From Gammaproteobacteria bacterium (GTDB lineage: Bacteria > Pseudomonadota > Gammaproteobacteria > JAJFKG01): a DNA stretch of 64,000 nucleotides. Each line of letters starts with the position of its first letter. Within the stretch, counting starts at the first letter, position 1. Of the stretch, positions 9,973-21,256 are shown one piece after another. The DNA lies in the NCBI GenBank assembly GCA_965116795.1, contig OZ220716.1:810503-874502 (forward strand), written 5' to 3'. Below the pieces are notes generated by a model. It made no database searches and was not told where the DNA came from. It saw only the letters and a list, made by a program, of their open reading frames with translations. The position numbers were made by a program, and so were the translations under genes.

Positions 9973-10100
9973 TATACTCTTCACGTTTTAAATTTAGGAC
10001 TTTGTTGGCTGCGCCTTCTCACAAAAGTCATGTATTTTAATATACTCCTTTTGATTCGAAAGCTTGCCGCTTCGCCTAAATTCAAAACGCTTTGAGTATA
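9973..10100 (-). mobile_element. ERIC-like 128-bp palindromic element, copy 1
   Basis: TATACTC...GAGTATA termini; near-identical to 40384-40510; minus strand carries the ERIC-type blocks GCGGCAAG, GAATC, AGGAG, TGACT, GTGAG, CGCAGCCAAC in order. Confidence 0.88.
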
Positions 10101-10120
10101 TTCACATATTGATCAAATAA

Positions 10121-11356
10121 TCAAACCGACGACGTAGACCGTTTACACGCAATGCGTGGCAACTTTCCGGCTATCCCCATCGGATGACGTGCTAAACGGG
10201 TCTTCAATGGGGTAATCAAATCACAGGTTAATAAACCAATGTTACGTGCAATGCGTAACGAGACCAAGTTAGAACGAAACGCACTGGCTAGAAAATCCGT
10301 TGCACGAATGATATTGTGTTGATCACGTTGCCGTTGTTCACAATATTGGGCGAGCAATACCGGATCGTATACTGTTTTTCCATCAGCTAAACCTGTTTCA
10401 ATGATCTGGGCTAAGGTTGCACTATCACGCAGGGTTAAATTAAACCCTTGAGCACCAATGGGATGAATTGTATGTGCCGCATGGCCGATGAGTACGACTT
10501 GGCGTTGGCTTGCTGCCTGCGCGCGTGATAATTGTAATGGAAATACTTGCCGATCACTGACTTCGATGAATTTACCAGCACGATAACCAAATTCACTTTG
10601 CAGTGTTTGTAGAAAATCAGCCGGGGGTAACGTTTGCCATTGGTTAACTTGCTCCGGTGTACCCGTCCAAACCAATCCGTAACAGTGATCCGATTTAGGC
10701 AGTAATGCGATGGTATGATCGCGACTAAAGCGTTCATAAGCAGTATGCTTAGTGTCATTTACTGTAACCCTTGTCACCAATGCTTGTTCTGGATATTGTT
10801 TATGTTCAACGGTGATGCCTAACAATTTACGGATCGTTGAGTGAGCACCATCAGCCCCAACCACTAATTGTGCAGTTATGGTATTACCACTTCGCAAGCG
10901 CAAATGTACTTGATCATCGCGATAATCCAGTTGCGAAACCCTGTCAGGGGAATGCCACATCACGTTTATTTGCTTGTGCAATGCTTGATATAACTGGGTT
11001 TGTAATTGAGTAAGTGGTACCACATAACCTAATGCAGGCACGCCTTGTTGTTTCGCACTAAAACGCGTTGCCCCAAAGCTTTTGCGTTCGCTAACATGAA
11101 TATGCTGCAATGGATACGCTAATGGCGCTAACGTGTCCCACAACCCTAGATTATCATAAATACAGGCTGATCCATGAGCTAGCACTAAAGTGCGGCCATC
11201 TTGATTATCGGTGGTTAAACTAACTGGTGGTTTTGTTTCAATGATGGCAATGCGTAATGATTGCGGTGCATTAATTTGGGTGAGTGCTAATGCAAGGCTA
11301 GCACCAGCTAACCCACCACCGACGATGGCAATATCTACTGATTGCACAGTACTCAT
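10121..11356 (-). CDS. ubiH: 2-octaprenyl-6-methoxyphenol hydroxylase
   Basis: GGGLAG FAD motif, GADGAHS, AAHTIHPIGAQGFNL; follows pepP. Confidence 0.9.
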   Translation of the reverse strand: MSTVQSVDIAIVGGGLAGASLALALTQINAPQSLRIAIIETKPPVSLTTDNQDGRTLVLAHGSACIYDNLGLWDTLAPLAYPLQHIHVSERKSFGATRFSAKQQGVPALGYVVPLTQLQTQLYQALHKQINVMWHSPDRVSQLDYRDDQVHLRLRSGNTITAQLVVGADGAHSTIRKLLGITVEHKQYPEQALVTRVTVNDTKHTAYERFSRDHTIALLPKSDHCYGLVWTGTPEQVNQWQTLPPADFLQTLQSEFGYRAGKFIEVSDRQVFPLQLSRAQAASQRQVVLIGHAAHTIHPIGAQGFNLTLRDSATLAQIIETGLADGKTVYDPVLLAQYCEQRQRDQHNIIRATDFLASAFRSNLVSLRIARNIGLLTCDLITPLKTRLARHPMGIAGKLPRIACKRSTSSV

Positions 11357-12678
11357 GTTGATTGACCGATCATGGCTTCTAGATCAGCAATGCGTTTTGC
11401 TAACCCATCACTTAACACGGTGTTGCCATTGTTAGTGACCACAACATCATCTTCAATGCGCACCCCAATATGCCACCATTTTTCATCGACGTTGCAATAG
11501 CATGGATCGATATAAATACCCGGTTCAACGGTTAATACCATGTTGGGTACTAATTTACACCATTGTTGCTGTTGATCTTTATACGCACCTACATCGTGTA
11601 CTGACAACCCTAACCAATGCCCAGAACTGTGCATATAAAATGGTAAATACGCTTTTTGTTCGATTAGATTGGTCACATCACCTTGTAACAATCCTAAATC
11701 AACTAAGCCTTGGGTAATGTGTTCGACGATCACAGTCTGAATGGCGTTCCAACGGTTACCCGGTTTGACAGCATCGATTCCAGCTAATTGTGCTGCTAAC
11801 ACGAGTTCATAAATGGCTTGTTGCTCTTTGCTGAAATGTCCATTGATTGGAAAGGTACGGGTGATGTCAGCGGCATATTGTTGATATTCAGCACCCGCAT
11901 CGATTAATACCAATTCACCGTCATGAATCGTGGCATTATTGGCAGTGTAATGTAGTGTACAAGCGTGTTTACCGCCAGCCACAATCGATGGATAGGCTGT
12001 TGTTTCACAACCATTAGCAATCACAGTATGCATGATCTCTGCATGCAGTTGTGCTTCACTGATACCCGGTTTGGCGTGGCGCATTGCACGTTGATGTGCA
12101 TCGATTGAAATATCAACCGCACGTTGCAGGCAGTCTAATTCATATTTATCTTTAATTAGCCGTAAGGGTGCAATTGTTCTATGCACATCGTGAAATGTCG
12201 TTGGGCAATTGACTCCTTGACGTACCCGTTTACTTAATTCAGCAAGCCAACGTTGCACTTGTTGTACAACGCCTAATGTTGGCTGCATTGGGTAATGTAT
12301 CTGTTGACTATCACGCAGTAATTCTGGCATGCGTTGTTCTAATTCAGTAATTGGATAAGCATGGGTTGCACCAAATAGGCGGCATGCGTCGGTTTGCCCA
12401 ACGTTCTCACCAACCCATTGGGTTTTAACCGGATCGCGTGTTTGGTTAAACACAATAAATTGACAATCATCATCAGTTGGCAATATCACGGCAACCGCAT
12501 TCGCTTCACTAAAACCAGTGAGATAGTAAAAATCATTATTCGATCGGTAACCATAATGTGTATCTTCGGTACGGTAGATTTCATCTGGATTGACGACGAT
12601 GGCAATCGCATTGCGCCCAATATGGTTAGCCAATTGACGACGACGTGCTGCATAGATCCTGGAATCAAACGATGCCAA
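11353..12678 (-). CDS. pepP: Xaa-Pro aminopeptidase
   Basis: DAGAE, ADITRTFP, HWLGLSVHDVG, TVEPGIY, GVRIEDD motifs. Confidence 0.96.
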   Translation of the reverse strand: MASFDSRIYAARRRQLANHIGRNAIAIVVNPDEIYRTEDTHYGYRSNNDFYYLTGFSEANAVAVILPTDDDCQFIVFNQTRDPVKTQWVGENVGQTDACRLFGATHAYPITELEQRMPELLRDSQQIHYPMQPTLGVVQQVQRWLAELSKRVRQGVNCPTTFHDVHRTIAPLRLIKDKYELDCLQRAVDISIDAHQRAMRHAKPGISEAQLHAEIMHTVIANGCETTAYPSIVAGGKHACTLHYTANNATIHDGELVLIDAGAEYQQYAADITRTFPINGHFSKEQQAIYELVLAAQLAGIDAVKPGNRWNAIQTVIVEHITQGLVDLGLLQGDVTNLIEQKAYLPFYMHSSGHWLGLSVHDVGAYKDQQQQWCKLVPNMVLTVEPGIYIDPCYCNVDEKWWHIGVRIEDDVVVTNNGNTVLSDGLAKRIADLEAMIGQST

Positions 12679-12693
12679 TGGTAACTCCTAACG

Positions 12694-13299
12694 TTAATGC
12701 ACTACTGCTTCTTCTGGGCGAAACGGTTGCATGTAACGTAATTCATTGGTGTATTGTTGGGTATGATTACCAGTGAATTCACTATGAATTAAAATCACAC
12801 CTAAACGTACGTATTCAATCACTTGTTCAAATGCATCAATGTCATCATCATTGCAAGCAATATTAGTATGATTCAATTTAGCAATTTCTTCGCAATGAAA
12901 TAATGCTTCGGCAACATTAGTGCGGTATAGCTCATAATCGGTAATACCGGCAAAACGCAACCCAGCTAAAAATCCGTGGCACCAGTCACTTAAACTGCGC
13001 GCGCGTGTAGCTAAATCGTCGCTTTCTTCTAATAGCAAATGAAAGTGATTACCGAGCTCACTCAGCTGTTCGCAAAGCAAATGGTATAGACAAAGCAATG
13101 TACGACGACTGTGAGCCATGGTGCTGCGCTCAGGGACGATTAGCCCTAATACGGAGTCGATCCAATGACAGCCATTGGTATGTAAACCGGCGCAAACAAC
13201 GCCAGCGACTGCTCCATGAATTTCTGCGATGCTAGTGGTAGGTTGCATGGCGTGTAACTGGGTGCGCACATACGCCAATGTCGTACAATTTTTTTTCAT
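12694..13299 (-). CDS. ygfB: UPF0149 family protein (YgfB)
   Basis: AEIHGAVAG, WCHGFLAG, EQVIEYVR motifs; position upstream of pepP; ATG at 13299 with AGGAG upstream. Confidence 0.88.
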   Translation of the reverse strand: MKKNCTTLAYVRTQLHAMQPTTSIAEIHGAVAGVVCAGLHTNGCHWIDSVLGLIVPERSTMAHSRRTLLCLYHLLCEQLSELGNHFHLLLEESDDLATRARSLSDWCHGFLAGLRFAGITDYELYRTNVAEALFHCEEIAKLNHTNIACNDDDIDAFEQVIEYVRLGVILIHSEFTGNHTQQYTNELRYMQPFRPEEAVVH

Positions 13300-13347
13300 A
13301 ATTAGCCAGGCTCCTGATTGAATGGGTGTGAGTGGGTTATGTGAATA

Positions 13348-13487
13348 CAATAACTAATACCATGTTCGACTTTATCTAAAAAGCTAAATAAATTTGTCTT
13401 CAAAAACAACTTAATAGAACCTCTACACATCGAGGCGTTATTTCAGAAGCCGTGGAACGGCTGTCTGGGATCTGAATAAACGCTATT
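13348..13487 (-). repeat. Multi-hairpin dispersed element (family A), copy 1
   Basis: Reverse complement aligns with 17748-17890 and 63479-63651. Confidence 0.88.
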
Positions 13488-13677
13488 ACATAGAGAATCG
13501 AACATCACGTTAACTACAGCTACAGTCTAGTGCACTTTTAACATTAACAACATCAATGCACCAACATGATAATTGTATCAGAAGGGTGGTTGACTAGCGA
13601 TGTTAATCAGTGATTGAAAAGTTACCGCAATGTGTATAAAATAAGCACGATAAAAATTATTACCAGGAGTTTTAAGT

Positions 13678-14004
13678 ATGACCTTTGATACTAATATTGC
13701 CCTATTTTCTCCACAATCAGCCACTAACTTGCCAGATGAAACGGTTATGTCAGGCTCTGTTAGTTGGGAAAATTGGAAAGATCCTGAAGTAATTATGCTG
13801 ACAGCTATGCTGCTAACGGGTTGTTTGACCGTATATGTCCTTTGTTTTGGATCGGCTTTGATGTGGCAATTCGGTTGTTATGAGCCGAGGTCGAATCTTG
13901 ATGAAGAAATACCAGTGCCACAAGTTGAAGAAATGCCAGAACCTATTGGAAATGATGAGATGCCTCAGTCACAAATAATAACAGCTGCATTGCTTTATCG
14001 TTAA
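13678..14004 (+). CDS. Hypothetical single-TM acidic protein
   Basis: RBS AGGAG, upstream TTGAAA-17bp-TAAAAT promoter, one hydrophobic helix. Confidence 0.7.
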   Translation: MTFDTNIALFSPQSATNLPDETVMSGSVSWENWKDPEVIMLTAMLLTGCLTVYVLCFGSALMWQFGCYEPRSNLDEEIPVPQVEEMPEPIGNDEMPQSQIITAALLYR

Positions 14005-14064
14005 TCATATGTAGTTGCAAGTAAGTTTAGAATTTTTTATAGTGGCACTATATCTGTTAAAAAA

Positions 14065-14409
14065 GTGGTTGCTATGTTTCAGGCAGACGTCTCACAGCTT
14101 GCATCCGACGACATGTCTACGCTGTCTCAGCTAGAAGCGATTATCGATACGTTGCTAAACGAATATGCCACGTTGCAACATCAATATAGACAGCTTGAGT
14201 GCCACTGTGCGGCATTGGCTGAAAGTGAGCAGAATTTGCGTGATAAACAACAATCGGTGCATGATGCATTGAGCAAAACGGTTGCCAAACTCAAAGCGAT
14301 TAGTAATATACCTGAGCAAGAACTTAAAGTAACAGTGGCTGTCACAGAGCAGCCACCTGTTACTGAGACTGTTACTTCTCCCGTCGTTGCCACAGAGGAA
14401 GCCTTATGA
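14065..14409 (+). CDS. Coiled-coil protein upstream of zapA (ZapB/TIGR02449-like)
   Basis: Heptad pattern LSQLEAIIDTLLNEY...; overlaps the zapA start; own start uncertain. Confidence 0.7.
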   Translation: MVAMFQADVSQLASDDMSTLSQLEAIIDTLLNEYATLQHQYRQLECHCAALAESEQNLRDKQQSVHDALSKTVAKLKAISNIPEQELKVTVAVTEQPPVTETVTSPVVATEEAL

Positions 14410-14717
14410 CAATGGAAGATAAAGTTGCGATAGATATTTTAGGGCGGCATTTTAAGATTAAATGTCCGGCTGATAAAGTCACTGAGTTACAACAAGCAGC
14501 CGCATTTGTTGTTGAGATGATGGATGATATCCGTCAACAAGGGGTTAGCAGTCCGGATAGGATTGCAATTATGACAGCCTTGAATATTGCGCATGAATTA
14601 TTACTATTGCGAGAGCAAAAAGATCAGCAAGTGCGTAATATGGGTGAAAGATTGCATAAATTACAACAACGTATTGAGCAAGCATTAGTGCAAAACGAAC
14701 AATTGGAATTGGAATAA
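14406..14717 (+). CDS. zapA: Cell division protein ZapA
   Basis: ILGRHFKIKCP and RIAIMTALNIAHELL motifs. Confidence 0.95.
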   Translation: MTMEDKVAIDILGRHFKIKCPADKVTELQQAAAFVVEMMDDIRQQGVSSPDRIAIMTALNIAHELLLLREQKDQQVRNMGERLHKLQQRIEQALVQNEQLELE

Positions 14718-14736
14718 ACGCTGCGTTTCTTTCTTT

Positions 14737-14768
14737 CCCATTCCTGGGTCAAGCCGCGGGATGACGGT
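14737..14768. repeat. CGTC-type REP (degenerate left arm)
   Basis: GGTCAAGCCGCGGGATGACGG. Confidence 0.8.
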
Positions 14769-14950
14769 TGTAAAAGAAATAAAGTTAACAGATCTTTTTT
14801 GAAAATTTGAACCAATTCTTCACAACAATGTTAAATGTTATATAGTGATAATTTTCCCGATCATAACATTTACTATCTAATTAACATTATCAGTGATCGA
14901 TGTATAAGATAGTTTGCCTTTTCATGGTTGAAAGGTGGTATACTTTAACG

Positions 14951-15129
14951 TGCACGCACTGTTGTAATCTGTTAGTTATGTTACTTGAACCAATAAGTTA
15001 GCTAAGGGGTGCGTTACGTTAATATTGTTGTGCAAGCTTACCATGCAGTAAGAAGCCTGATATATTAACTCTGGATCCCACCTGAACCACCGGTTCAGTG
15101 GCTCGCACTAACAGTGTACAGTGCGTGCA
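14951..15129 (+). ncRNA. ssrS: 6S RNA
   Basis: Between zapA and ygfA; closing stem TGCACGCACTGT/ACAGTGCGTGCA, ~180 nt; 3' CCTGAACCACCGGTTCAG segment; extended -10 TGGTATACT at 14936-14944. Confidence 0.9.
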
Positions 15130-15148
15130 ATATCTATTGGATATCATT

Positions 15149-15775
15149 ATGCGTCAACAACAACACATCGCCCAAGCACAAGGTGGTAAACGTGAATTGC
15201 GTCGTAAGTTACGTATTTTACGTTGTAGTGTTAATCCGACTGTTCAACAAACCCATGCAAATACAGTTGCTGATTTATTAGCAGCACTGCCTTGTTTTAT
15301 ACAAGCAAAATACATTGCATTGTACATCCCGTTTGATGGGGAAATGCCAACGGATGCTATAGCCAACTTGATTTGGCGCCAGGGAAAGTTGAGTTATTTA
15401 CCGATTGTCACCCCAATGCAATCACAATTGTGTTTTGTGCCGTATACACAACACAGTCAACTAACTAATAATCAATTTGGTATTGCTGAACCTGATTATA
15501 CATTGGATAAAATTATTGATATTAATCAGTTAGACATTGTGATTACCCCACTGATTGCATTTGATGATAACGGTAATCGTCTAGGTATGGGGGGTGGTTA
15601 TTATGATAAGACATTTGCGTTTCTGCGCACATTATCTGAGCAACATCCCCAATTAATGGGTATCGCCTATGATTTTCAGCGACAAACATCATTACCAAAA
15701 CATACATGGGATGTGCCATTAACTGCGGTAATTACTGAGAAAAAAGTATATGAATTTGCTGATAATGGAGAATAA
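15149..15775 (+). CDS. ygfA: 5-formyltetrahydrofolate cyclo-ligase
   Basis: RLGMGGGYYDK, FGIAEP, WDVPL motifs; start moved to ATG 15149, downstream of 6S RNA. Confidence 0.93.
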   Translation: MRQQQHIAQAQGGKRELRRKLRILRCSVNPTVQQTHANTVADLLAALPCFIQAKYIALYIPFDGEMPTDAIANLIWRQGKLSYLPIVTPMQSQLCFVPYTQHSQLTNNQFGIAEPDYTLDKIIDINQLDIVITPLIAFDDNGNRLGMGGGYYDKTFAFLRTLSEQHPQLMGIAYDFQRQTSLPKHTWDVPLTAVITEKKVYEFADNGE

Positions 15776-15778
15776 ACA

Positions 15779-16231
15779 ATGCAATATTGGCTAATGAAAT
15801 CAGAGCCCAATGCATTTAGTATTGATGATTTACAAATAGGTAATGTTGATCATTGGGATGGTGTGCGTAATTACCAAGTGCGTAATATGTTGCGTGATCA
15901 AATGAAAAAAGGTGATTTAGCCTTTTTTTATCATTCTAATTGCAAGCCACCTGGAATAAGTGGCGTAATGCAAGTTGTGAAAGAAGGTTACCCCGATTTT
16001 ACAGCGTGGGATCCGCACAGCGATCATTTCGATTCAAGTAGTACTCCAGATAATCCGCGTTGGTTCATGGTCGATGTTAAATTTAAACGTAAGTTTGCTA
16101 ACGTAATCACGCTAACTGAATTAAAAGCGAATCCTGCATTGATCGACTTACCCATTTTACGCAAAGGAAATCGCTTATCGATTGTGCCTGTTACCGAACA
16201 ACAATGGAATGCCGTATTATCAATGCTGTGA
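15779..16231 (+). CDS. EVE domain protein
   Basis: YWLMKSEP, WDGVRNYQ, FFYHS, RLSIVPV motifs. Confidence 0.95.
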   Translation: MQYWLMKSEPNAFSIDDLQIGNVDHWDGVRNYQVRNMLRDQMKKGDLAFFYHSNCKPPGISGVMQVVKEGYPDFTAWDPHSDHFDSSSTPDNPRWFMVDVKFKRKFANVITLTELKANPALIDLPILRKGNRLSIVPVTEQQWNAVLSML

Positions 16232-16233
16232 AT

Positions 16234-17643
16234 TTACTGATTACTATCAATCATATCTTCTGGTCTAACCGCAACATCAAATTCTTCAGCGCTTAAATAG
16301 CCTAATTTAACGCACGCTTCACGCAAGGTGATATGTTGATGGTGTGCTTCGTGGGCAATCTTAGCGGCTTTATCGTAGCCAATCACAGGATTTAATGCGG
16401 TGACTAACATCAACGAATTTTCTAAGAAAGTTTGAATCTTATTACGATCAGGTGTTAATCCAATCACCATAAATTCAGTGAAACTACGACTGGCATCTGT
16501 AAGTAAACGTACTGATTGTAGAAAGTTAGCGATCATCATTGGTTTAAATACATTTAATTCAAAATTACCTTGTGATCCAGCAAATCCAATCGCTGCATCA
16601 TTACCCATGACTTGAATACATACCATTGTCATGGCTTCGCATTGGGTTGGGTTAACTTTACCTGGCATGATCGATGAGCCAGGTTCATTTTCTGGTAAAC
16701 ACAATTCACCAATACCACAGCGTGGCCCAGAACCCATCCAGCGAATATCGTTGGCTATTTTCATTAAAGCAGACGCCAATGTTTTTAAACTGCCACTGGC
16801 GCTCACTAAGGCATCGTGTGCTGCTAACGCTGCAAACTTATTCGGTGCAGAGGTAAACGGTAATTTAGTCAATTCTGCAATGTATTGTGCAGTTAACGTA
16901 GCAAACTCTGGATGAGCGTTTAAACCAGTACCAACCGCGGTACCACCGATAGCCAATTGGTATAAGCCATCTAAGCTGTGTTTAATACCATCCAATGCAT
17001 GTTCTAATTGTGCAACATACCCTGAAAATTCTTGGCCTAGACTCAACGGCACGGCATCTTGTAAATGAGTACGTCCAATTTTAATAATATCACGATAAGC
17101 AGCGGCTTTAGTGGCTAAGGCTTCATGCAATTGGGTAACAGCAGGGATTAATTCTTGGGTTAATCCAATTGCCGCAGCAATGTACATTGCTGTTGGAAAG
17201 GTATCATTGGATGATTGTGACATGTTAACATGATCATTTGGGTGGATTGGCGTTTTGCTACCTAATGTGCCACCGGTAATTTCAATGGCGCGGTTAGCAA
17301 TCACTTCGTTAGTATTCATATTAGTTTGAGTACCACTACCGGTTTGCCAAATGCGTAATGGAAAATGTGCATCCAACTTTCCTTGGTATATTTCAGTTGC
17401 TGCTTGAATGATTAATTCAGCTTTATCGTTAGGTAATTTTTCTAATTTATTATTAGCCAGTGCACAAGCATGTTTTAAAATACCCATTGCACGCACAACC
17501 GCTAGTGGCATACGGTCAGCATGCGGATCACCAATGGCAAAGTGGTGTAAAGAGCGTTGTGTTTGTGCACCCCAATATGCGTTGCTCGGTACTTGGATGT
17601 CACCCATACTGTCTGATTCAGTGCGATATGTGATCTCATTCAT
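16234..17643 (-). CDS. fumC: Fumarate hydratase class II
   Basis: [15 protein letters not shown] signature; start ATG 17643 with GAGGG RBS. Confidence 0.97.
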   Translation of the reverse strand: MNEITYRTESDSMGDIQVPSNAYWGAQTQRSLHHFAIGDPHADRMPLAVVRAMGILKHACALANNKLEKLPNDKAELIIQAATEIYQGKLDAHFPLRIWQTGSGTQTNMNTNEVIANRAIEITGGTLGSKTPIHPNDHVNMSQSSNDTFPTAMYIAAAIGLTQELIPAVTQLHEALATKAAAYRDIIKIGRTHLQDAVPLSLGQEFSGYVAQLEHALDGIKHSLDGLYQLAIGGTAVGTGLNAHPEFATLTAQYIAELTKLPFTSAPNKFAALAAHDALVSASGSLKTLASALMKIANDIRWMGSGPRCGIGELCLPENEPGSSIMPGKVNPTQCEAMTMVCIQVMGNDAAIGFAGSQGNFELNVFKPMMIANFLQSVRLLTDASRSFTEFMVIGLTPDRNKIQTFLENSLMLVTALNPVIGYDKAAKIAHEAHHQHITLREACVKLGYLSAEEFDVAVRPEDMIDSNQ

Positions 17644-17747
17644 AGTGTATCCCTCGTTAACTGGCGGGCTAATCATACGGTGTTTTTGGGGGAAATCAAG
17701 TTAAAACACGAAGAGCGTATATTGCTGATAGGATTAATGTTAATTAC

Positions 17748-17890
17748 AATAGCATGACTAATTGGTTATTCGGATCCCAGATAGCCGTTCCACGGCTTCT
17801 GGGATAACGCCTCGACATGCAAAGGTTTTATTAAGGTGTTTTTGAAAGCAAACTTATTTGGCCTGTTAGATAAAATTAAATATGGCGTTA
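17748..17890 (+). repeat. Multi-hairpin dispersed element (family A), copy 2
   Basis: GGATCCCAGATAGCCGTTCCACGGCTTCTGGGATAACGCCTCGAC...TTAGATAAA...TATGGCGTTA. Confidence 0.88.
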
Positions 17891-17923
17891 CAATGCAATT
17901 AATCTACTGAGGATCTGACGTTT

Positions 17924-20179
17924 ATGACAATTACCACCAATACATTTAATGCCGATGGCATTGAACAAACACCGCTGCATGTGTTTACTGAAAAAGCTTA
18001 TCTCGATTATTCAATGTACGTCATTTTAGATCGTGCCTTACCACATTTAGGTGATGGTTTAAAACCAGTACAACGGCGCATCGTTTATGCGATGTCAGAA
18101 TTAGGCTTAAAAGCCAGTGCTAAATACAAAAAGTCTGCACGCACTATCGGGGATGTATTAGGTAAATACCATCCGCACGGTGATGCAGCCTGTTATGAAG
18201 CGATGGTGCACATGGCACAAGCATTTTCTTATCGTTATCCATTAGTAGATGGTCAAGGTAACTGGGGTTCAACAGACGATCCAAAATCATTTGCTGCAAT
18301 GCGTTATACCGAAGCACGTTTAGCTAAGTATGCGCAAACACTATTAGCTGAATTAGGACAGGGTACGGTTGATTGGCAAGCTAACTTTGATGGAACATTA
18401 CAAGAGCCAGTTAATTTGCCAGCACGTTTACCGAATGCATTATTAAATGGTGCCACTGGGATTGCAGTTGGTATGGCAACCGACATTCCACCACATCATA
18501 TTAATGAAGTAGTCAGTGCGTGTATTCACTTATTAGAATCGCCGCGGGCAACGTTAGACGATATTTGTCAGCATATTAAAGGTCCTGATTTTCCAACCGC
18601 AGCTGAAATCATTACACCACATCAAGAGATCATGACAATGTATCGCACTGGAAATGGCAGTGTACGGTTACGTGCTGTGTACAGCAAAGAAAAGAGCGAC
18701 ATTGTGATTACCGCACTACCTTATCAAGTCTCTGGTGCCAAAGTATTAGAACAAATCGCGCAACAAATGCGTGCAAAGAAATTGCCAATGGTAACGGATT
18801 TACGTGATGAGTCTGATCACGAAAATCCGACCCGTTTGTTAATTACGTTAAAGTCTAACAGGGTAGATGCAGATAAATTGATGGCGCACTTGTTTGCAAC
18901 AACCGATTTAGAACGTAGTTATCGCGTTAATCTGAATATGATTGGCTTAGATGGTCGTCCCAAAGTTTTTAGTTTATTGGAATTTTTAAAAGAGTGGTTA
19001 TCATTTCGTAAACAAACAGTAAAACGTCGCTTACAATATCGTTTGGAAAAGGTAGAAGCACGATTACATATTTTAGATGGGTTATTGATCGCGTACCTGA
19101 ATATAGATGAAGTGATCCAATTGATTCGTGAGGCCGATAAACCAAAGGTTGAATTGATTAAACGGTTTAAATTATCTGAATTACAGGCAGAAGCCATTTT
19201 AGACTTAAAGTTGCGCCATTTGGCTCGTTTAGAAGAGATTAAGATCAAAGGTGAACAAAGTGAGCTGGCCGATGAACGTGACAGTTTAACTCAAACGCTT
19301 AGTTCAGAAGGTCGCTTAAAAACCCTAATCCGTAAAGAACTCACCAGTGATGTAAAAGAATATGGTGATCAGCGTCGTTCGCCATTAGTTGAACGTGGAC
19401 AAGCGCAAGCATTACGTGAACAAGATGTCTTACCCAATGAAGCAGTCACCATTGTGCTATCTAAAAAAGGCTGGGTGCGTGCTGCCAAAGGTCACGATAT
19501 TGATCCGAATACATTAAGTTATAGAGCCGGTGATGGGTTCTTAACCAGCGCTAAAGGGCGTAGTAATCAAGCAGCATTGTTTATTGATACCAGTGGGCGT
19601 AGTTATAGTATACTTGCCCACAGCTTGCCGTCGGCGCGTAGCCAAGGAGAGCCATTAACTGGGCGCGTCAAGTTAGCAGAAGGTGCTGAATTTATCGGTG
19701 TATTATCTGGAGAAGTAGAACATTACGCATTATTAGCATCAGACGCAGGCTATGGATTCATGACTCAGTTAAGTGAATTACACACTAAAAACCGTAATGG
19801 TAAGGCGGTGTTAAAGCCACCGACAAATACATTAGCACTAACACCATGTAGTGTTACCCAATTAGATAATACAGTGATTGTAGCGATTAGTAGTACAGGA
19901 CGTTTGTTAGTCTTTGCAACCAGTGAGTTACCTTTGCTGGTGCGCGGTAAAGGAAATAAGATCATGAATATTCCAAGTAGCAGTGCAGCCAAGCGCGATG
20001 AATTGATGGCGCATGTCGTGGTATTGGATAAAACAAAGAGTTTAGCGATTCAATCTGGTAAACGTACTCTAACGTTGAAACCAAAAGACTTAATCAATTA
20101 TCATGGTAAACGTGGCCAACGTGGTAGCAAACTACCGCGTGGTTTTCAACGGGTAGAAGCAGTGAGTATAATCGATTAA
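17924..20179 (+). CDS. parC: DNA topoisomerase IV subunit A
   Basis: [28 protein letters not shown]-terminal GSKLPRGF. Confidence 0.97.
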   Translation: MTITTNTFNADGIEQTPLHVFTEKAYLDYSMYVILDRALPHLGDGLKPVQRRIVYAMSELGLKASAKYKKSARTIGDVLGKYHPHGDAACYEAMVHMAQAFSYRYPLVDGQGNWGSTDDPKSFAAMRYTEARLAKYAQTLLAELGQGTVDWQANFDGTLQEPVNLPARLPNALLNGATGIAVGMATDIPPHHINEVVSACIHLLESPRATLDDICQHIKGPDFPTAAEIITPHQEIMTMYRTGNGSVRLRAVYSKEKSDIVITALPYQVSGAKVLEQIAQQMRAKKLPMVTDLRDESDHENPTRLLITLKSNRVDADKLMAHLFATTDLERSYRVNLNMIGLDGRPKVFSLLEFLKEWLSFRKQTVKRRLQYRLEKVEARLHILDGLLIAYLNIDEVIQLIREADKPKVELIKRFKLSELQAEAILDLKLRHLARLEEIKIKGEQSELADERDSLTQTLSSEGRLKTLIRKELTSDVKEYGDQRRSPLVERGQAQALREQDVLPNEAVTIVLSKKGWVRAAKGHDIDPNTLSYRAGDGFLTSAKGRSNQAALFIDTSGRSYSILAHSLPSARSQGEPLTGRVKLAEGAEFIGVLSGEVEHYALLASDAGYGFMTQLSELHTKNRNGKAVLKPPTNTLALTPCSVTQLDNTVIVAISSTGRLLVFATSELPLLVRGKGNKIMNIPSSSAAKRDELMAHVVVLDKTKSLAIQSGKRTLTLKPKDLINYHGKRGQRGSKLPRGFQRVEAVSIID

Positions 20180-20215
20180 TTCAATGTAATTTTAAGATGT
20201 AAAGTAAGGGGATTT

Positions 20216-21016
20216 ATGGCACGGGTTAAAGACAAGGTTACATTGATTACCGGCGGCAGTCGAGGCATTGGCTTAGCCACAGCTGAGTTATTTGCACGTG
20301 AAGGTGCAACTGTCATTATCACCGATATTTTAGTCGACGAAGGTCAAGCAGCTGCTAACGACATTGGTGCACAGTTTTATCGATTAGATGTTACTGATGA
20401 ACAAGCTTGGCAGGATGTAATGCAGACGATTAAGCAACAATACGGTCGCTTAGATATTGTATTTAATAATGCTGGGATCACCGGCTTTGATCACAATTTA
20501 GGTCTGCAAGATCCAGAGCATACCAGTTTAAAGGCATGGCATTATGTACATCAAGTGAATTTAGACGGGGTATTTTTAGGATGTAAATATGCTATTAGTT
20601 TAATGAAACAACACGGTGGCTCTATTATTAATATGTCATCGCGTTCTGGTTTGGTTGGTATTCCAGGCGCTGCTGCATATGCATCGAGTAAAGCAGCCGT
20701 GCGTAATCATACTAAATCAGTTGCTTTATATTGTGCGAATGCCGGTTACCATATTCGGTGTAATTCAGTGCACCCGGGGGCAATCTTAACTCCAATTTGG
20801 GATGCAATGTTAGGTGATCCTAACAACCGGGAGACTGCTATTGCTAATGTTGCTGCCGGGATTCCATTAGGTCACATGGGTGAACCAATCGATGTTGCTA
20901 ATGCAGTGCTGTATTTAGGATCAGATGAATCGAAATACATAACTGGTATTGAATTAACGATTGATGGAGGTATTTTGGCAGGCAGTAGTGCGTCACCAAA
21001 ATCGGATGAAGAATAA
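20216..21016 (+). CDS. Short-chain dehydrogenase/reductase
   Basis: TGGSRGIG, NNAG, YASSK catalytic motif. Confidence 0.93.
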   Translation: MARVKDKVTLITGGSRGIGLATAELFAREGATVIITDILVDEGQAAANDIGAQFYRLDVTDEQAWQDVMQTIKQQYGRLDIVFNNAGITGFDHNLGLQDPEHTSLKAWHYVHQVNLDGVFLGCKYAISLMKQHGGSIINMSSRSGLVGIPGAAAYASSKAAVRNHTKSVALYCANAGYHIRCNSVHPGAILTPIWDAMLGDPNNRETAIANVAAGIPLGHMGEPIDVANAVLYLGSDESKYITGIELTIDGGILAGSSASPKSDEE

Positions 21017-21087
21017 CTATTTACTCAAAGTCATGCTATTTTAAGCTCTTAATTACTCAAGAGTTAAGAAAACAATATAAATTGTTA

Positions 21088-21242
21088 TAGGCTGTTTACA
21101 ATTTGCTAAAACGAATTGGTTTACTGCAATGAACATTATGAAATTTAAAGAGACTGAATTATCTATTTCCCTCCTGGTTCGTTATCCCACAGCTTGACCG
21201 CGGGATGATGGACTTGTAGAACGGAATTGTAAATAGTCCCTA
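21088..21242. mobile_element. MITE with imperfect TIRs containing a degenerate REP
   Basis: TAGGCTGTTTACAATT ... AATTGTAAATAGTCCCTA; internal CGTTATCCCACAGCTTGACCGCGGGATGATGG. Confidence 0.72.
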
Positions 21243-21256
21243 ATGTGTTGCTATTA

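Noticed and set aside
15098-15148. Upstream GTG start for ygfA
   Set aside because: Falls within the 3' closing stem of 6S RNA.
15779-16231. EVE protein as part of a modification-dependent defence system
   Set aside because: Standalone EVE in its usual zapA-ssrS-ygfA context, with no nuclease partner.
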